Below are positions 1-9,044 of a stretch of DNA of 46,532 nt, one piece after another. The first letter of the stretch is position 1. Every line of letters starts with the position of its first letter. The notes beneath the pieces are model-generated. The model was not told where the DNA came from and ran no database searches. It saw nothing but the letters and a program-made list of their open reading frames with translations. Both the position numbers and the translations under genes were made by a program. The stretch covers positions 1 through 46,532 of the forward strand of contig CAYYGZ010000005.1 in NCBI GenBank assembly GCA_964471275.1, in the 5' to 3' direction. This DNA comes from an uncultured bacterium. GTDB taxonomy: Bacteria; Latescibacterota; UBA2968.

Positions 1-2
1 GA

Positions 3-356
3 AAGAACAAGTCACTCAATGAGCCGCTACCGGAGATTGCTCCTCTTGACATTCGGTATTCAATTTCTGGACGCTTCCTGAATGACAAGCTGCAGCCCGT
101 TGTCTCGCTCCGAAAAACGCTTGAACAAGGCAGGATCTCTACCGCCTTTGGCGAGACGGAGACGCCATCATTCACCGTAATGGATGTGGCCATCACCTAC
201 CACGCCCGGAAGGGCGTTCAGATGAGCGCCGGGATCCGCAACCTCTTCGACGAGACCTATTTCGAGCATCTGAGTCGGCCGGTACGCGGACAGAACCGTG
301 CAATCTTTTCTGCGGGGAGGAGCGGGTATCTGATGCTGGCTCTGGACACGATGTAG
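3..356 (+). CDS. TonB-dependent receptor, C-terminal fragment (5' end lies outside the window)
   Basis: Frame 3 is open from the window edge to TAG at 354-356. It is missing from the ORF track because it has no start codon. My translation ...FGETETPSFTVMDVAITYHARKGVQMSAGIRNLFDETYFEHLSRP... shows an alternating beta-strand pattern and the NLFDxxY-type motif of the last barrel strands of TonB-dependent receptors. Confidence 0.65.
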   Translation, partial: KNKSLNEPLPEIAPLDIRYSISGRFLNDKLQPVVSLRKTLEQGRISTAFGETETPSFTVMDVAITYHARKGVQMSAGIRNLFDETYFEHLSRPVRGQNRAIFSAGRSGYLMLALDTM

Positions 357-386
357 ACCGAACGTCCGTCGCCCAACGCATCATCA

Positions 387-420
387 ATCGCTCCTGATCT
401 ACGGGTCAGGAGCGATTTCC
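387..420 (+). terminator. Intrinsic terminator candidate after the receptor fragment
   Basis: Inverted repeat ATCGCTCCTGA (387-397) / TCAGGAGCGAT (405-415) with a 7-nt loop, followed by TTCCTT. It begins 31 nt after the stop codon. Confidence 0.5.
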
Positions 421-742
421 TTACCCATCGGTTCGTTGGTGATGTGCCATCTTGGGGGGGGGTGCCCGCCTGCACGGACCTGTGGCACAGACACTCAGTA
501 CATTATGGGTGGAGAATCCCTGACATACGCAGTGATTGGGAAGTGTGGAGACTCCTTCTGGACCCTATCAATTTCGTGGACAAATCGGATGGTGTCGCGG
601 TCAGAGTGGTTGACGCGGATCTGGCACGGCTTAATCAGCGAACATACATTGCCGGGGATGCCACTCCCGTACGACCGGGTGCCGAGAAGTCCGTCTTGTC
701 TCATCCCGCGAACCCGACACACCAGATCCCATAGGCCAACCT

Positions 743-2029
743 TTGCGCCCCAACATCCTCTTCATTATGACCGACCAGCAGTTCAGCGGCGCGATGTCCT
801 GCGCAGGCAACACGGATCTGCAAACCCCCGCGATCGACAGCCTGGCCAAATCGGGGGTGCAATTCGACCAGGCCTACTGCGCCTATCCGGTCTGCATCCC
901 CTCCCGGCTGAGTCTGTTAGCTGGCCGGATGCCCTTCGACCTCGGCTATCGTCAGTGGGGAGACGGTATCGATCCGAAGTATGAGCGTCAGCAGCTGGGC
1001 TATCTTTTCGCCGATGCCGGCTATGACTGTGCATACGGAGGCAAGGTCCACGCGCCGACGAACGACGCAACCGCCCACGGATTCCGCAGCATATGCGGAC
1101 AGACAGACAACCAGCTCGCCCAGGCGTGCGTGGACTTTCTCGGAGGGCCTCATTCGAACCCGTTCCTGCTCGTTGCTTCGTTCGACAACCCGCACAACAT
1201 ATGCGAATGGGCTCGCCACCAGGATCTGCCCTGGGGAAACATCCCCGATGCCCCGATCGCCGACTGCCCGAGTCTCCCTGTCAACTACGCCATCCCGCCA
1301 TACGAACCACAGATCATCCGGACGCTTCAGTCTCGTTTCCCAACGGTCTATGCGATGACGGAGGCCGGGCCGGATGAGTGGCGTCAGTATCGGAATGCTT
1401 ACTACCGGTTGATCGAAAAAGTCGATACGGAGATCGGCAAGATTCTGAATGCATTGAACGAGACGGGTCTGCGAGACAACACGCTGATCGTGTTCACAAG
1501 CGACCACGGAGACGGTCACGGTGCGCACAGATGTAATCAGAAGAGCTTCCTGTATGAAGAGTCTGTTCGCATCCCCCTGATCGTCTCTCACCCAAATATC
1601 ACCGGCACCGGGAAGCGAGACAGCCGGCATCTGATATCGAACGGACTGGATATCCTCCCAACGCTATGCGACTACACGGGTGTGGATGCGCCACCGGATC
1701 TTCCCGGCCGAAGTCTCAGACCTCTCGTCGACGGCCACCCACCCACCGAATGGCGGGATGAGCTCGTCGTGGAGGCCTGGCCCTTTCAGGGAGATCCCGG
1801 AAGAACCCTGGGGCGAATGGTCCGTACACAACACTACAAGTATGCGGTCTACAGCTGGGGTCGGTATCGGGAGCAACTGTTCGACGTCCAGACCGACCCC
1901 GGCGAGATGGTCAATCTGGCTGTTCAATCCAGCCACCGGGACATTCTCCAGGATCACCGGGACCGCCTCCGTCACTACTGCGAGCGCAGCGGCGACGAAT
2001 TCCTGCCTCATGTCCCCACAAACTGCTAA
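743..2029 (+). CDS. Sulfatase (formylglycine-dependent arylsulfatase family)
   Basis: 428-aa ORF with a TTG start per the track. It has N-terminal NILFIMTDQQ, the CxPxR signature as C-I-P-S-R-LSLLAGR, and the SDHGDGHGAH block. No obvious signal peptide. Confidence 0.9.
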   Translation: MRPNILFIMTDQQFSGAMSCAGNTDLQTPAIDSLAKSGVQFDQAYCAYPVCIPSRLSLLAGRMPFDLGYRQWGDGIDPKYERQQLGYLFADAGYDCAYGGKVHAPTNDATAHGFRSICGQTDNQLAQACVDFLGGPHSNPFLLVASFDNPHNICEWARHQDLPWGNIPDAPIADCPSLPVNYAIPPYEPQIIRTLQSRFPTVYAMTEAGPDEWRQYRNAYYRLIEKVDTEIGKILNALNETGLRDNTLIVFTSDHGDGHGAHRCNQKSFLYEESVRIPLIVSHPNITGTGKRDSRHLISNGLDILPTLCDYTGVDAPPDLPGRSLRPLVDGHPPTEWRDELVVEAWPFQGDPGRTLGRMVRTQHYKYAVYSWGRYREQLFDVQTDPGEMVNLAVQSSHRDILQDHRDRLRHYCERSGDEFLPHVPTNC

Positions 2030-2212
2030 CCTGGATCATTCGTAAACAAGCTTGTCGATGAGCCCAGTGTGACGGTGCGTTCTCGCGGAGTGAGTTCGGA
2101 TTCACGAGTAATCCAGACTGGCACGCTCCAATTGTGCCCACCAGGGGCCAAGTGAGGATTTGCGTGCCCCTCCGCTCAGCGATCACGCCTGATTGAGTAC
2201 ACGCGGAGTTAA

Positions 2213-2232
2213 ATTTGCCTGCGCAGGCAAAT
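2213..2232. repeat. Perfect 20-bp palindrome ATTTGCCTGCGCAGGCAAAT
   Basis: Read directly. It sits between the sulfatase stop (2029) and the promoter of the riboswitch operon, about 40 bp upstream of the -35. It could be a sulfatase terminator stem or an operator. Confidence 0.5.
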
Positions 2233-2273
2233 CTCGCCCAAAAGCACACGGATCCGACGATCATCACGATTAG

Positions 2274-2303
2274 TTGACACAACCAAACCTGTTCGGCTAT
2301 ATT
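2274..2303 (+). promoter_or_regulatory. Sigma-70-type promoter candidate for the riboswitch/receptor operon
   Basis: TTGACA (2274-2279), an 18-nt spacer, then TATATT (2298-2303). It lies about 55 nt upstream of the riboswitch aptamer. Confidence 0.55.
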
Positions 2304-2354
2304 CAATCCGTGGACGATGTGTCTGCTTCGCTCTTTGAAATACTGAATTCGTAA

Positions 2355-2536
2355 GGCAACAGGTGCTCGGCTGGAGCGCAGCTCCAGCGACAAGAGGGAA
2401 GACGGTGAGATTCCGTCGCGGGCCCGCCGCTGTAACCGGATTGACTCACGCAAAATGCCACTGATTGGCCTGACTGATTTGGCTGGTTGGGAAGGCGCGC
2501 AAGTCGCAAACCGGAAGCCAGAAGACCTGCCTGAGC
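2355..2536 (+). promoter_or_regulatory. Cobalamin (B12) riboswitch aptamer
   Basis: The conserved cobalamin-element blocks occur in the correct order. They are AGAGGGAAGACGGTGAGATTCCGTC, GGCCCGCCGCTGTAACCGG, GCCACTG (2457-2463), GGGAAGGCG and the B12 box AAGCCAGAAGACCTGCC (2515-2531). A P2-type hairpin GCTGGAGC-GCA-GCTCCAGC lies at 2369-2388. The element is directly upstream of a TonB-dependent receptor. Confidence 0.85.
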
Positions 2537-2605
2537 CTTTTGACATCCTTCCTCGCGGACAGGGAAGTTGACGTCGGGTGGATGTATCCAGGCAAACAGC
2601 ATTTG

Positions 2606-2637
2606 CCCCGACTTCGCGAGGAGTCGGGGTTTTTTTA
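2606..2637 (+). terminator. Intrinsic terminator, the riboswitch expression platform
   Basis: CCCCGACT (2606-2613), an 8-nt loop, AGTCGGGG (2622-2629), then seven T (2630-2636). It lies 70 nt after the B12 box and 20 nt before the receptor start I propose. Confidence 0.8.
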
Positions 2638-2657
2638 TTTCCGCCAATGAGTACGCT

Positions 2658-4856
2658 GTGACATTGCTGCTGACCACATTGCTCCTCTTCACGGGTTCAC
2701 CTCTGGCTGCCGAAACCCTAACGGGTCTGGTAATCGATACGGAAAGCAGCCTCCCTGTGAGTGGGGCTGCAGTTCAGACCGAGGATGCTCGTCTGATGAC
2801 AACGACAGCGTCTGACGGTACCTTCATTCTGGATGTCGCAGCTCGAGGTCCTCTGATCCTCCGGATTTCGCGGATTGGCTATCAGGCACAGGACTATCGA
2901 GTCGACTCGGCATCCACCGCCACATTGCGCATCGACCTTGTGCCTCAGGCGATCGCGATGCCTGAGATGTTCGTCTCTGCCGATCCCATCGGCCCAAGCA
3001 AGATTCACCGCAACCCGGCTTTCGCCACAGTCATCACACGCGCCACTTTCGAAGGAACGCCGAAAACTCTTCCAGAGCTTCTCTCCCAGACGACGGGCGT
3101 CCAGGTTAAAACGCTTGGCGGTCTCGGCGCGTTCAGCACGATCTCGCTTCGCGGCTCCTCTGCCGAACAGGTTGAAGTATATCTCGATGGGATCCTCCTG
3201 AACTCCGCGCAGGGCGGCGGGGTGGATCTGAGCAATCTTCCTCTGGCCCAGGTCGAACAGATCGAGGTCTACAGGGGATCCGGCGCCGAGGGAAACGGTG
3301 TGGGGGGCGCCGTTCACATCAGAACACGTGACACCGGTCGTGGCGTATCGTCCCAGGCGGGCGCGTCCTGGGGATCCTTCGACACACGCTCTGCAAGCGC
3401 ATCGGTTCAGTTCGATACAGGCCGATCGAGCTTCATCGGCATCGCAGATGTTCGCTCCAGCGACAATGACTTCTCATTCCTGGATGACAACGGCACAGAA
3501 TACAACGCGAAGGATGACGAAGCTACAGCACGGATCAACAACGACACCGTCCAGGGCAGCTTGCTGGCCAAATGGCGAACCCAGCTCACAGAAGGACAGA
3601 GCCTGACCGTCAGTGAATCGCTCTTCTGGAAACACCAAGGCATCCCCGGCATCAGTAACAACCAGTCGCGTGACGTGCGCTTCGACGTGTTTCGAAGTCT
3701 CACCGAAACCATCCACGAAGCGAAGATGAGAGACGGCCGTCTGACCACGCGGAACGGGTTCTTCGTGACGCACGCGGGTGAATCCTACACGGATCTCAAT
3801 GGCGAAGTCGGAGTCGGTCGCCAGGACAACGACTACCGCACTAATACGTTCGGATGGCGGAGTCGATCCCGGATCCTTATGAGAGATCGGCATTTCGTCA
3901 CTCTGGGCACCACTGCGAGTCGCGAGAGCTTCCTCCCGACGGCACACATCCAGAGCTTTTCAGACCTCTTCAAAGGCCGTCGCTGGATCCTCTCGTCAGA
4001 CGCTGCCCTCGATCTCGCGCTTCCCGGGGATCGGGGTATACTCTTCGGCAGTGCCGACGTCCGCCAGTTGCGCAGCACCTTCACCGGGATCAATCCCTTC
4101 GCCTTCTCTCCCACCGCACCAGACAGGAACTCGACACGCAACCTTGCCAGTCTTCGTTCGGGAATCCGGTTCGACATCAGCGCCCCGCTCAGCCTGAAAG
4201 CGAACATCGGGCGGGCGCACCGGGCGCCGTCTTTGTTCGAGCTGTTCGGAGACCGGGGCGGCGTGATCGGCAACTCCGATCTGCTGCCGGAGAAGGGGTT
4301 CACCTGGGACGCCGGCTTCCGGTTCGACGCAGATCAAACAACGCTGGAAGGTGCCTACTTCAACCATTCATACATGAATCTGATCCAATTCGTACATACC
4401 TCCCAAGCCACATCAAGACCCACCAACATAGGCAGAGCTCGCGCCTGGGGAGTCGAGGTAACTGCGATGCGCCGGCTCGGAGAGATACTCGAACTGTCGG
4501 GCAGCTACACTTACCAGCGAACGGAGGACAGGTCTGAGATACCGCATTTCCAGGGGAATCAGCTGCCGAACCGGGCGCCGCACGTGGTGTTCGGCAGCCT
4601 GAACGCGGGACTGGGCTCCGTCAATATCGCCTACGAGTACACCTTCGAGGACGGCAGCTTCCTCGACCAGGCGAATCGAAAATCTCTGGATGCCCGACAC
4701 ATCCACAACATCAGACTGTCGTGCAAGCTTGCTGCTGGTGCCACGGTCGGACTCGATGCAAGAAACATCGGCAACACCCAGATCGCGGACGTTTGGGGAT
4801 ATCCGCTGCCCGGCAGAACGCTCTTTATCACTGTCCAGACGGACTTCGACCATTAG
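2658..4856 (+). CDS. TonB-dependent receptor, putative corrinoid receptor (BtuB-like role) with an N-terminal carboxypeptidase-regulatory-like domain
   Basis: The track ORF runs 2568-4856. I trim the start to GTG 2658 (TTG 2664 is an alternative) because 2568-2657 covers the riboswitch terminator. Supporting features are a signal-like VTLLLTTLLLFTGSPLAAE, a CarboxypepD_reg-like stretch LTGLVIDTESSLPVSGAAVQTED...SDGTFILD, a plug region TLGGLGAFSTISLRGSSAEQVEVYLDGILLN, and a long alternating beta-barrel. The corrinoid role is inferred from the riboswitch and the neighbouring genes. Confidence 0.85.
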   Translation: MTLLLTTLLLFTGSPLAAETLTGLVIDTESSLPVSGAAVQTEDARLMTTTASDGTFILDVAARGPLILRISRIGYQAQDYRVDSASTATLRIDLVPQAIAMPEMFVSADPIGPSKIHRNPAFATVITRATFEGTPKTLPELLSQTTGVQVKTLGGLGAFSTISLRGSSAEQVEVYLDGILLNSAQGGGVDLSNLPLAQVEQIEVYRGSGAEGNGVGGAVHIRTRDTGRGVSSQAGASWGSFDTRSASASVQFDTGRSSFIGIADVRSSDNDFSFLDDNGTEYNAKDDEATARINNDTVQGSLLAKWRTQLTEGQSLTVSESLFWKHQGIPGISNNQSRDVRFDVFRSLTETIHEAKMRDGRLTTRNGFFVTHAGESYTDLNGEVGVGRQDNDYRTNTFGWRSRSRILMRDRHFVTLGTTASRESFLPTAHIQSFSDLFKGRRWILSSDAALDLALPGDRGILFGSADVRQLRSTFTGINPFAFSPTAPDRNSTRNLASLRSGIRFDISAPLSLKANIGRAHRAPSLFELFGDRGGVIGNSDLLPEKGFTWDAGFRFDADQTTLEGAYFNHSYMNLIQFVHTSQATSRPTNIGRARAWGVEVTAMRRLGEILELSGSYTYQRTEDRSEIPHFQGNQLPNRAPHVVFGSLNAGLGSVNIAYEYTFEDGSFLDQANRKSLDARHIHNIRLSCKLAAGATVGLDARNIGNTQIADVWGYPLPGRTLFITVQTDFDH

Positions 4857-4870
4857 TAGTGGGGGGAACA

Positions 4871-7141
4871 TTGGTGAACCGCATACTCGTATTGGTCTGT
4901 GTCATCCTCAACTCCATCGGCCTCGCACACGCGAATACCGCGATCGTGCTGACATCGGATTTCAGCAGTGGAGGTCTGTCCAGTCTTGATCTGGCGACCC
5001 ATACCGCAACCAACGATGTCCTGTCGATCCACGCCGATGCGAGGGTAAGGGTCCGCGACGATCAGGTCTACGTCATCAACAGGCTCGGGCAGGATAACAT
5101 CATCGTCCTGGAAGCCAGCGACCTGGCAACGCCCCTACTTCAGTTCTCGACCGGAAACGGCACCAACCCATACGACATCGCCTTTGCCAGTGACACCAAA
5201 GCCTATGTCTCCAGATATGCAAGCACACATCTCTTGATCGTCGACCCTACTTCGGGAGACTCCCTCGGAACAGTCGACCTCTCCGCCTTCGCCGACACCG
5301 ACGGATTGCCTGAAGCTTCCGAGCTCGCCCTTTACGACAACCACCTCTTTATCGCCTGCCAGCGAATCGACAGAGACAACGGCTTTGCTCCCACCGATGC
5401 CTCCATCATCGCCGTCGTCGACACGGACACCGATACGCTCATCGATACACAGGGCATCGTGATGGCAGGGAAGAACCCCTTTGGCGCGGAACAGCGTGGC
5501 GACAAGTGGATCCTCTCCAACGTCAACACCTTTGGCGACCTCGCAGACGGCGGCATCGAGGTCATAGACCTGGCCAACCGCGAGACCGAAGGCATCCTCC
5601 TCGACGAGTCTGCCATAGGCGGAAACCTCGGCACTCTCGCGATGGTATCCGACAGCGAAGGTTATCTCATCGTCACCGACGCCAGCTTCTCAAACAGCGT
5701 CGTACGCTTCGACCTGATCACGAAGACGGTATCAGCGTCTCTTGGCGATCACTCCGGCGGGTTCACACCGGGTCTGGCCGTCCTTGGCGACAGGCTATAC
5801 GTCCTCGACCAGGGAAGCTTCACCGACCCCGCTTCCGGGGGCATCAAAGTCTACGATACGCAGGCGAACACCCTTGTCGCAGGACCCATCACCGCAGGGC
5901 TCCCCCCAAACAGTATCGCATTCATCGAGGAGGGTACGGGGTCTCCGTTCGACTTCAGCGTGTTCGACGCCGTGGTTGCGACATCGGATTTCAGCAGTGG
6001 AGGTCTGTCCAGTCTTGATCTGGCGACCCATACCGCAACCAACGATGTCCTGTCGATCCACGCCGATGCGAGGGTAAGGGTCCGCGACGATCAGGTCTAC
6101 GTCATCAACAGGCTCGGGCAGGATAACATCATCGTCCTGGAAGCCAGCGACCTGGCAACGCCCCTACTTCAGTTCTCGACCGGAAACGGCACCAACCCAT
6201 ACGACATCGCCTTTGCCAGTGACACCAAAGCCTATGTCTCCAGATATGCAAGCACACATCTCTTGATCGTCGACCCTACTTCGGGAGACTCCCTCGGAAC
6301 AGTCGACCTCTCCGCCTTCGCCGACACCGACGGATTGCCTGAAGCTTCCGAGCTCGCCCTTTACGACAACCACCTCTTTATCGCCTGCCAGCGAATCGAC
6401 AGAGACAACGGCTTTGCTCCCACCGATGCCTCCATCATCGCCGTCGTCGACACGGACACCGATACGCTCATCGATACACAGGGCATCGTGATGGCAGGGA
6501 AGAACCCCTTTGGCGCGGAACAGCGTGGCGACAAGTGGATCCTCTCCAACGTCAACACCTTTGGCGACCTCGCAGACGGCGGCATCGAGGTCATAGACCT
6601 GGCCAACCGCGAGACCGAAGGCATCCTCCTCGACGAGTCTGCCATAGGCGGAAACCTCGGCACTCTCGCGATGGTATCCGACAGCGAAGGTTATCTCATC
6701 GTCACCGACGCCAGCTTCTCAAACAGCGTCGTACGCTTCGACCTGATCACGAAGACGGTATCAGCGTCTCTTGGCGATCACTCCGGCGGGTTCACACCGG
6801 GTCTGGCCGTCCTTGGCGACAGGCTATACGTCCTCGACCAGGGAAGCTTCACCGACCCCGCTTCCGGGGGCATCAAAGTCTACGATACGCAGGCGAACAC
6901 CCTTGTCGCAGGACCCATCACCGCAGGGCTCCCCCCAAACAGTATCGCATTCATCGGTGGCTCGACCGGCGCGTCACTGGCCTCGGATTTCGATGGCAGC
7001 GGTGCAGTCGGCTTTACGGACTTCCTGATGTTCGCCGAGGCTTTCGGCTCGTCCAATTCGCGGTTCGACTTGGATAACGGCGGCACCGTAAACTTCGAGG
7101 ACTTTCTAATCTTTGCCTCCGAATTCGGCCGATCTGTCTAG
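4871..7141 (+). CDS. Secreted protein with two identical YncE/YVTN-like beta-propeller modules and a C-terminal dockerin-like (EF-hand-type) repeat pair
   Basis: The track ORF runs 4721-7141. I trim to TTG 4871 or GTG 4874, which follows GGGGGGAA and lies past the receptor stop. The signal peptide is VNRILVLVCVILNSIGLAHA. Each ~326-aa module has repeated propeller-blade strands (VYVINRLG, LLIVDPTSG, LFIACQRID, IIAVVDTDTD, IEVIDLANRE, YLIVTDASF, LYVLDQGSF, IKVYDTQ). The C-terminus holds DFDGSGAVGFTDFLMFAEAFG and DLDNGGTVNFEDFLIFASEFG, which are two dockerin-like Ca-binding segments. Confidence 0.8.
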   Translation: MVNRILVLVCVILNSIGLAHANTAIVLTSDFSSGGLSSLDLATHTATNDVLSIHADARVRVRDDQVYVINRLGQDNIIVLEASDLATPLLQFSTGNGTNPYDIAFASDTKAYVSRYASTHLLIVDPTSGDSLGTVDLSAFADTDGLPEASELALYDNHLFIACQRIDRDNGFAPTDASIIAVVDTDTDTLIDTQGIVMAGKNPFGAEQRGDKWILSNVNTFGDLADGGIEVIDLANRETEGILLDESAIGGNLGTLAMVSDSEGYLIVTDASFSNSVVRFDLITKTVSASLGDHSGGFTPGLAVLGDRLYVLDQGSFTDPASGGIKVYDTQANTLVAGPITAGLPPNSIAFIEEGTGSPFDFSVFDAVVATSDFSSGGLSSLDLATHTATNDVLSIHADARVRVRDDQVYVINRLGQDNIIVLEASDLATPLLQFSTGNGTNPYDIAFASDTKAYVSRYASTHLLIVDPTSGDSLGTVDLSAFADTDGLPEASELALYDNHLFIACQRIDRDNGFAPTDASIIAVVDTDTDTLIDTQGIVMAGKNPFGAEQRGDKWILSNVNTFGDLADGGIEVIDLANRETEGILLDESAIGGNLGTLAMVSDSEGYLIVTDASFSNSVVRFDLITKTVSASLGDHSGGFTPGLAVLGDRLYVLDQGSFTDPASGGIKVYDTQANTLVAGPITAGLPPNSIAFIGGSTGASLASDFDGSGAVGFTDFLMFAEAFGSSNSRFDLDNGGTVNFEDFLIFASEFGRSV
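4951..6956 (+). repeat. Two apparently base-identical 977-bp direct copies (4951-5927 and 5980-6956) separated by a unique 52-bp in-frame linker
   Basis: The offset is exactly 1029 nt, which is 343 codons. Every stretch I compared by eye matched. The ORF track gives identical peptides in several frames and on both strands for the two copies (5135-5344 = 6164-6373, 5332-5634 = 6361-6663, and the first ~150 aa of 5506.. and 6535..). Confidence 0.9.
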
Positions 7142-7191
7142 ACTTGTCGGATTGACTCGGCGCTGCTGTCGGACGAAAGGAGAACCGAACA

Positions 7192-7806
7192 TTGACTCCT
7201 GACGAACGAATGCCCCCTGGGGAGGCTGCAAACCTGCCACCCGGCCGTGAGGATCGAACACAGCACAGCGTCCACGTCTACTATGGCTACGGCAAAGGCA
7301 AAACAACCGCGTGTATAGGACTCGCAGTTCGGGCACTCGGAGCAGGCAAACGGGTGGCTCTCGTCCAGTTCGACAAGGGGTATGATGGGAAAGTCGAGCA
7401 CTACGCTGAGCGAAAAGCCCTGCGTCAGCTGGATGGCATCGTGCTCTACCCGACCGGATGTGAGCGAATGATGCCAGATGGCGGCTTCCGGTTTGGCACC
7501 GAACCACGAGATATCGAAGAAGCAAGGCGAGGACTCTCGGTCGCAGAGGAGTTGATCCGTTCCGAGAATCTGGATCTCCTGATCCTCGACGAGCTCCTTG
7601 CCGCCGTTGCCTACGACCTGGTCGAGCAAACGGACGTCACGCATCTTCTCGACGTCTACGACACGGAACGCCGCTGTGAGCTGGTGCTGTCAGGCCACAA
7701 AGTATGGGACGCACTGGTGGAACGCTCCGATCTTGTCACGGAAATGAGAAAAGTGAAACACTATTACGCGAAAGGCGTCCCTGCGCGATCCGGCATCGAA
7801 TTTTGA
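7192..7806 (+). CDS. cobO: Cob(I)yrinic acid a,c-diamide / corrinoid adenosyltransferase (CobA/CobO/BtuR family)
   Basis: P-loop region VHVYYGYGKGKTTACIGLAVRALGAGKRVALVQFDKG and the later LLILDEL block are typical of the CobA/BtuR family. The start is TTG 7192, 8 nt after AAAGGAGA. ATG 7210 is an alternative. Confidence 0.85.
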   Translation: MTPDERMPPGEAANLPPGREDRTQHSVHVYYGYGKGKTTACIGLAVRALGAGKRVALVQFDKGYDGKVEHYAERKALRQLDGIVLYPTGCERMMPDGGFRFGTEPRDIEEARRGLSVAEELIRSENLDLLILDELLAAVAYDLVEQTDVTHLLDVYDTERRCELVLSGHKVWDALVERSDLVTEMRKVKHYYAKGVPARSGIEF

Positions 7807-7823
7807 ACGGAGGACATCACCGA

Positions 7824-9044
7824 ATGTCAGACTCACAGCCGACACATCGCTGTCTCCGATACACGCTCAGACTGGCGTTCGCCGCTGGCCTGCTGATCGG
7901 GTTGCTCTCGACCGCAGCGTTCGCTGCACAGCCTCCAGCCAACATCCTTTCCGGATCCGTCGAAGCATTCGACTCAACGATCGATTACTTCCCCGAGAAA
8001 TCGTCGGTCGGCTATGCGACGGGGTTCACCGTCAGCTACCACGGTCACTACAAAGTGTTGACGGTCTCGTCCCCGTGGAAGGACTCCAAGCTGACCTTCA
8101 CCTACGTCCTCGTCCAGCGCGGTACGCCCACACCGAACACCCCGGAAGGAGCGACTGTCTTCACGGTTCCGGCCGAACGGTTTGTAGCTCTGTCCACGAC
8201 CTATCTGCCGCATCTCAAATCCGTCGGCGCGCTCGAGTCGCTGGTCGGACTTGGGACACTCAACTACGTGAACACACCCGAAGTCGTCGAGATGATCGAG
8301 GCGGGGAAACTGACCGAGACAGGGAGTGACGCCCGGCTCAACCTCGAGGTGACGCTCGACCTCGACCCTCACGTGGTCATGACCTACGCCTTCGGTGATC
8401 CAGGCCACGACGCGCATCCCAAGCTTGTCGAAGCGGGCCTACCCGTCGCCGTCAACGGCGAGTATACTGAGCTGACTCCCCTCGGTCGCTCCGAGTGGAT
8501 GAAGTTCACCGCGCTGTTCCTAAACCGGGAGGGCAGGGCGGAAGAGGCGTTCAACGAGATCCAGCGACGCTACCACGCGCTCGCCAAGATCGGCCAATCC
8601 GCCGAGCCCAAACCATCCGTATTGGAAGGAACGAGCTGGCAGGGCACCTGGCACGTCGCCGGCGGGAGGAGCTATATGGCGACCTTCCTGCGAGACGCGG
8701 GTGCCGACTACCTGTGGTCCGATACCGACTCGGAGGCATCCGTTCCTCTCGATCTGGAAGCAGTCCTTGACCGGGCGGAAGATGCTGATTTCTGGATCAA
8801 CACAAGCAGTTGGAAGTCCTTGGCGGATGCCGAGCCGCTCGACGAAAGATACAAGCTGTTCAAGGCCTTCAAGACGGGGCAAGTCTACAATCGTATCCGA
8901 CGGGTCAACGAAACGGGCGGGAACGACTACTGGGAGTCGGGTATCGCGAACCCTCACCTGATACTGGCAGACATGCTCAAGATTTTTCACCCCGACAAGA
9001 TGATGGGACACAGCTTTGTCTACTACGCCAAACTCAGTCACTGA
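7824..9044 (+). CDS. ABC transporter periplasmic substrate-binding protein (BtuF/FhuD-type, inferred)
   Basis: The track ORF runs 7704-9044. I trim to ATG 7824, which is preceded by GGAGGA (7809-7814). The signal peptide is LRLAFAAGLLIGLLSTAAFAAQ. It sits immediately upstream of a FecCD-type permease and an ATPase. Function is assigned mainly from context. Confidence 0.7.
   Translation: MSDSQPTHRCLRYTLRLAFAAGLLIGLLSTAAFAAQPPANILSGSVEAFDSTIDYFPEKSSVGYATGFTVSYHGHYKVLTVSSPWKDSKLTFTYVLVQRGTPTPNTPEGATVFTVPAERFVALSTTYLPHLKSVGALESLVGLGTLNYVNTPEVVEMIEAGKLTETGSDARLNLEVTLDLDPHVVMTYAFGDPGHDAHPKLVEAGLPVAVNGEYTELTPLGRSEWMKFTALFLNREGRAEEAFNEIQRRYHALAKIGQSAEPKPSVLEGTSWQGTWHVAGGRSYMATFLRDAGADYLWSDTDSEASVPLDLEAVLDRAEDADFWINTSSWKSLADAEPLDERYKLFKAFKTGQVYNRIRRVNETGGNDYWESGIANPHLILADMLKIFHPDKMMGHSFVYYAKLSH

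Noticed and set aside
436-984. 182-aa and 96-aa plus-strand ORFs in the spacer before the sulfatase gene
   Set aside because: One runs into the sulfatase gene out of frame. Both are Arg/Pro/His/Trp-rich with no motif and no RBS. The 386-bp spacer remains unassigned.
2568-2657. Upstream extension of the TonB-dependent receptor ORF
   Set aside because: It would translate straight through the riboswitch terminator hairpin and the T7 tract. The signal-peptide-like sequence begins only at GTG 2658.
1911-2692. Minus-strand ORFs of 211 aa and 129 aa across the sulfatase/receptor spacer
   Set aside because: They are antisense to the promoter and cobalamin riboswitch. They have no RBS and a low-complexity composition.
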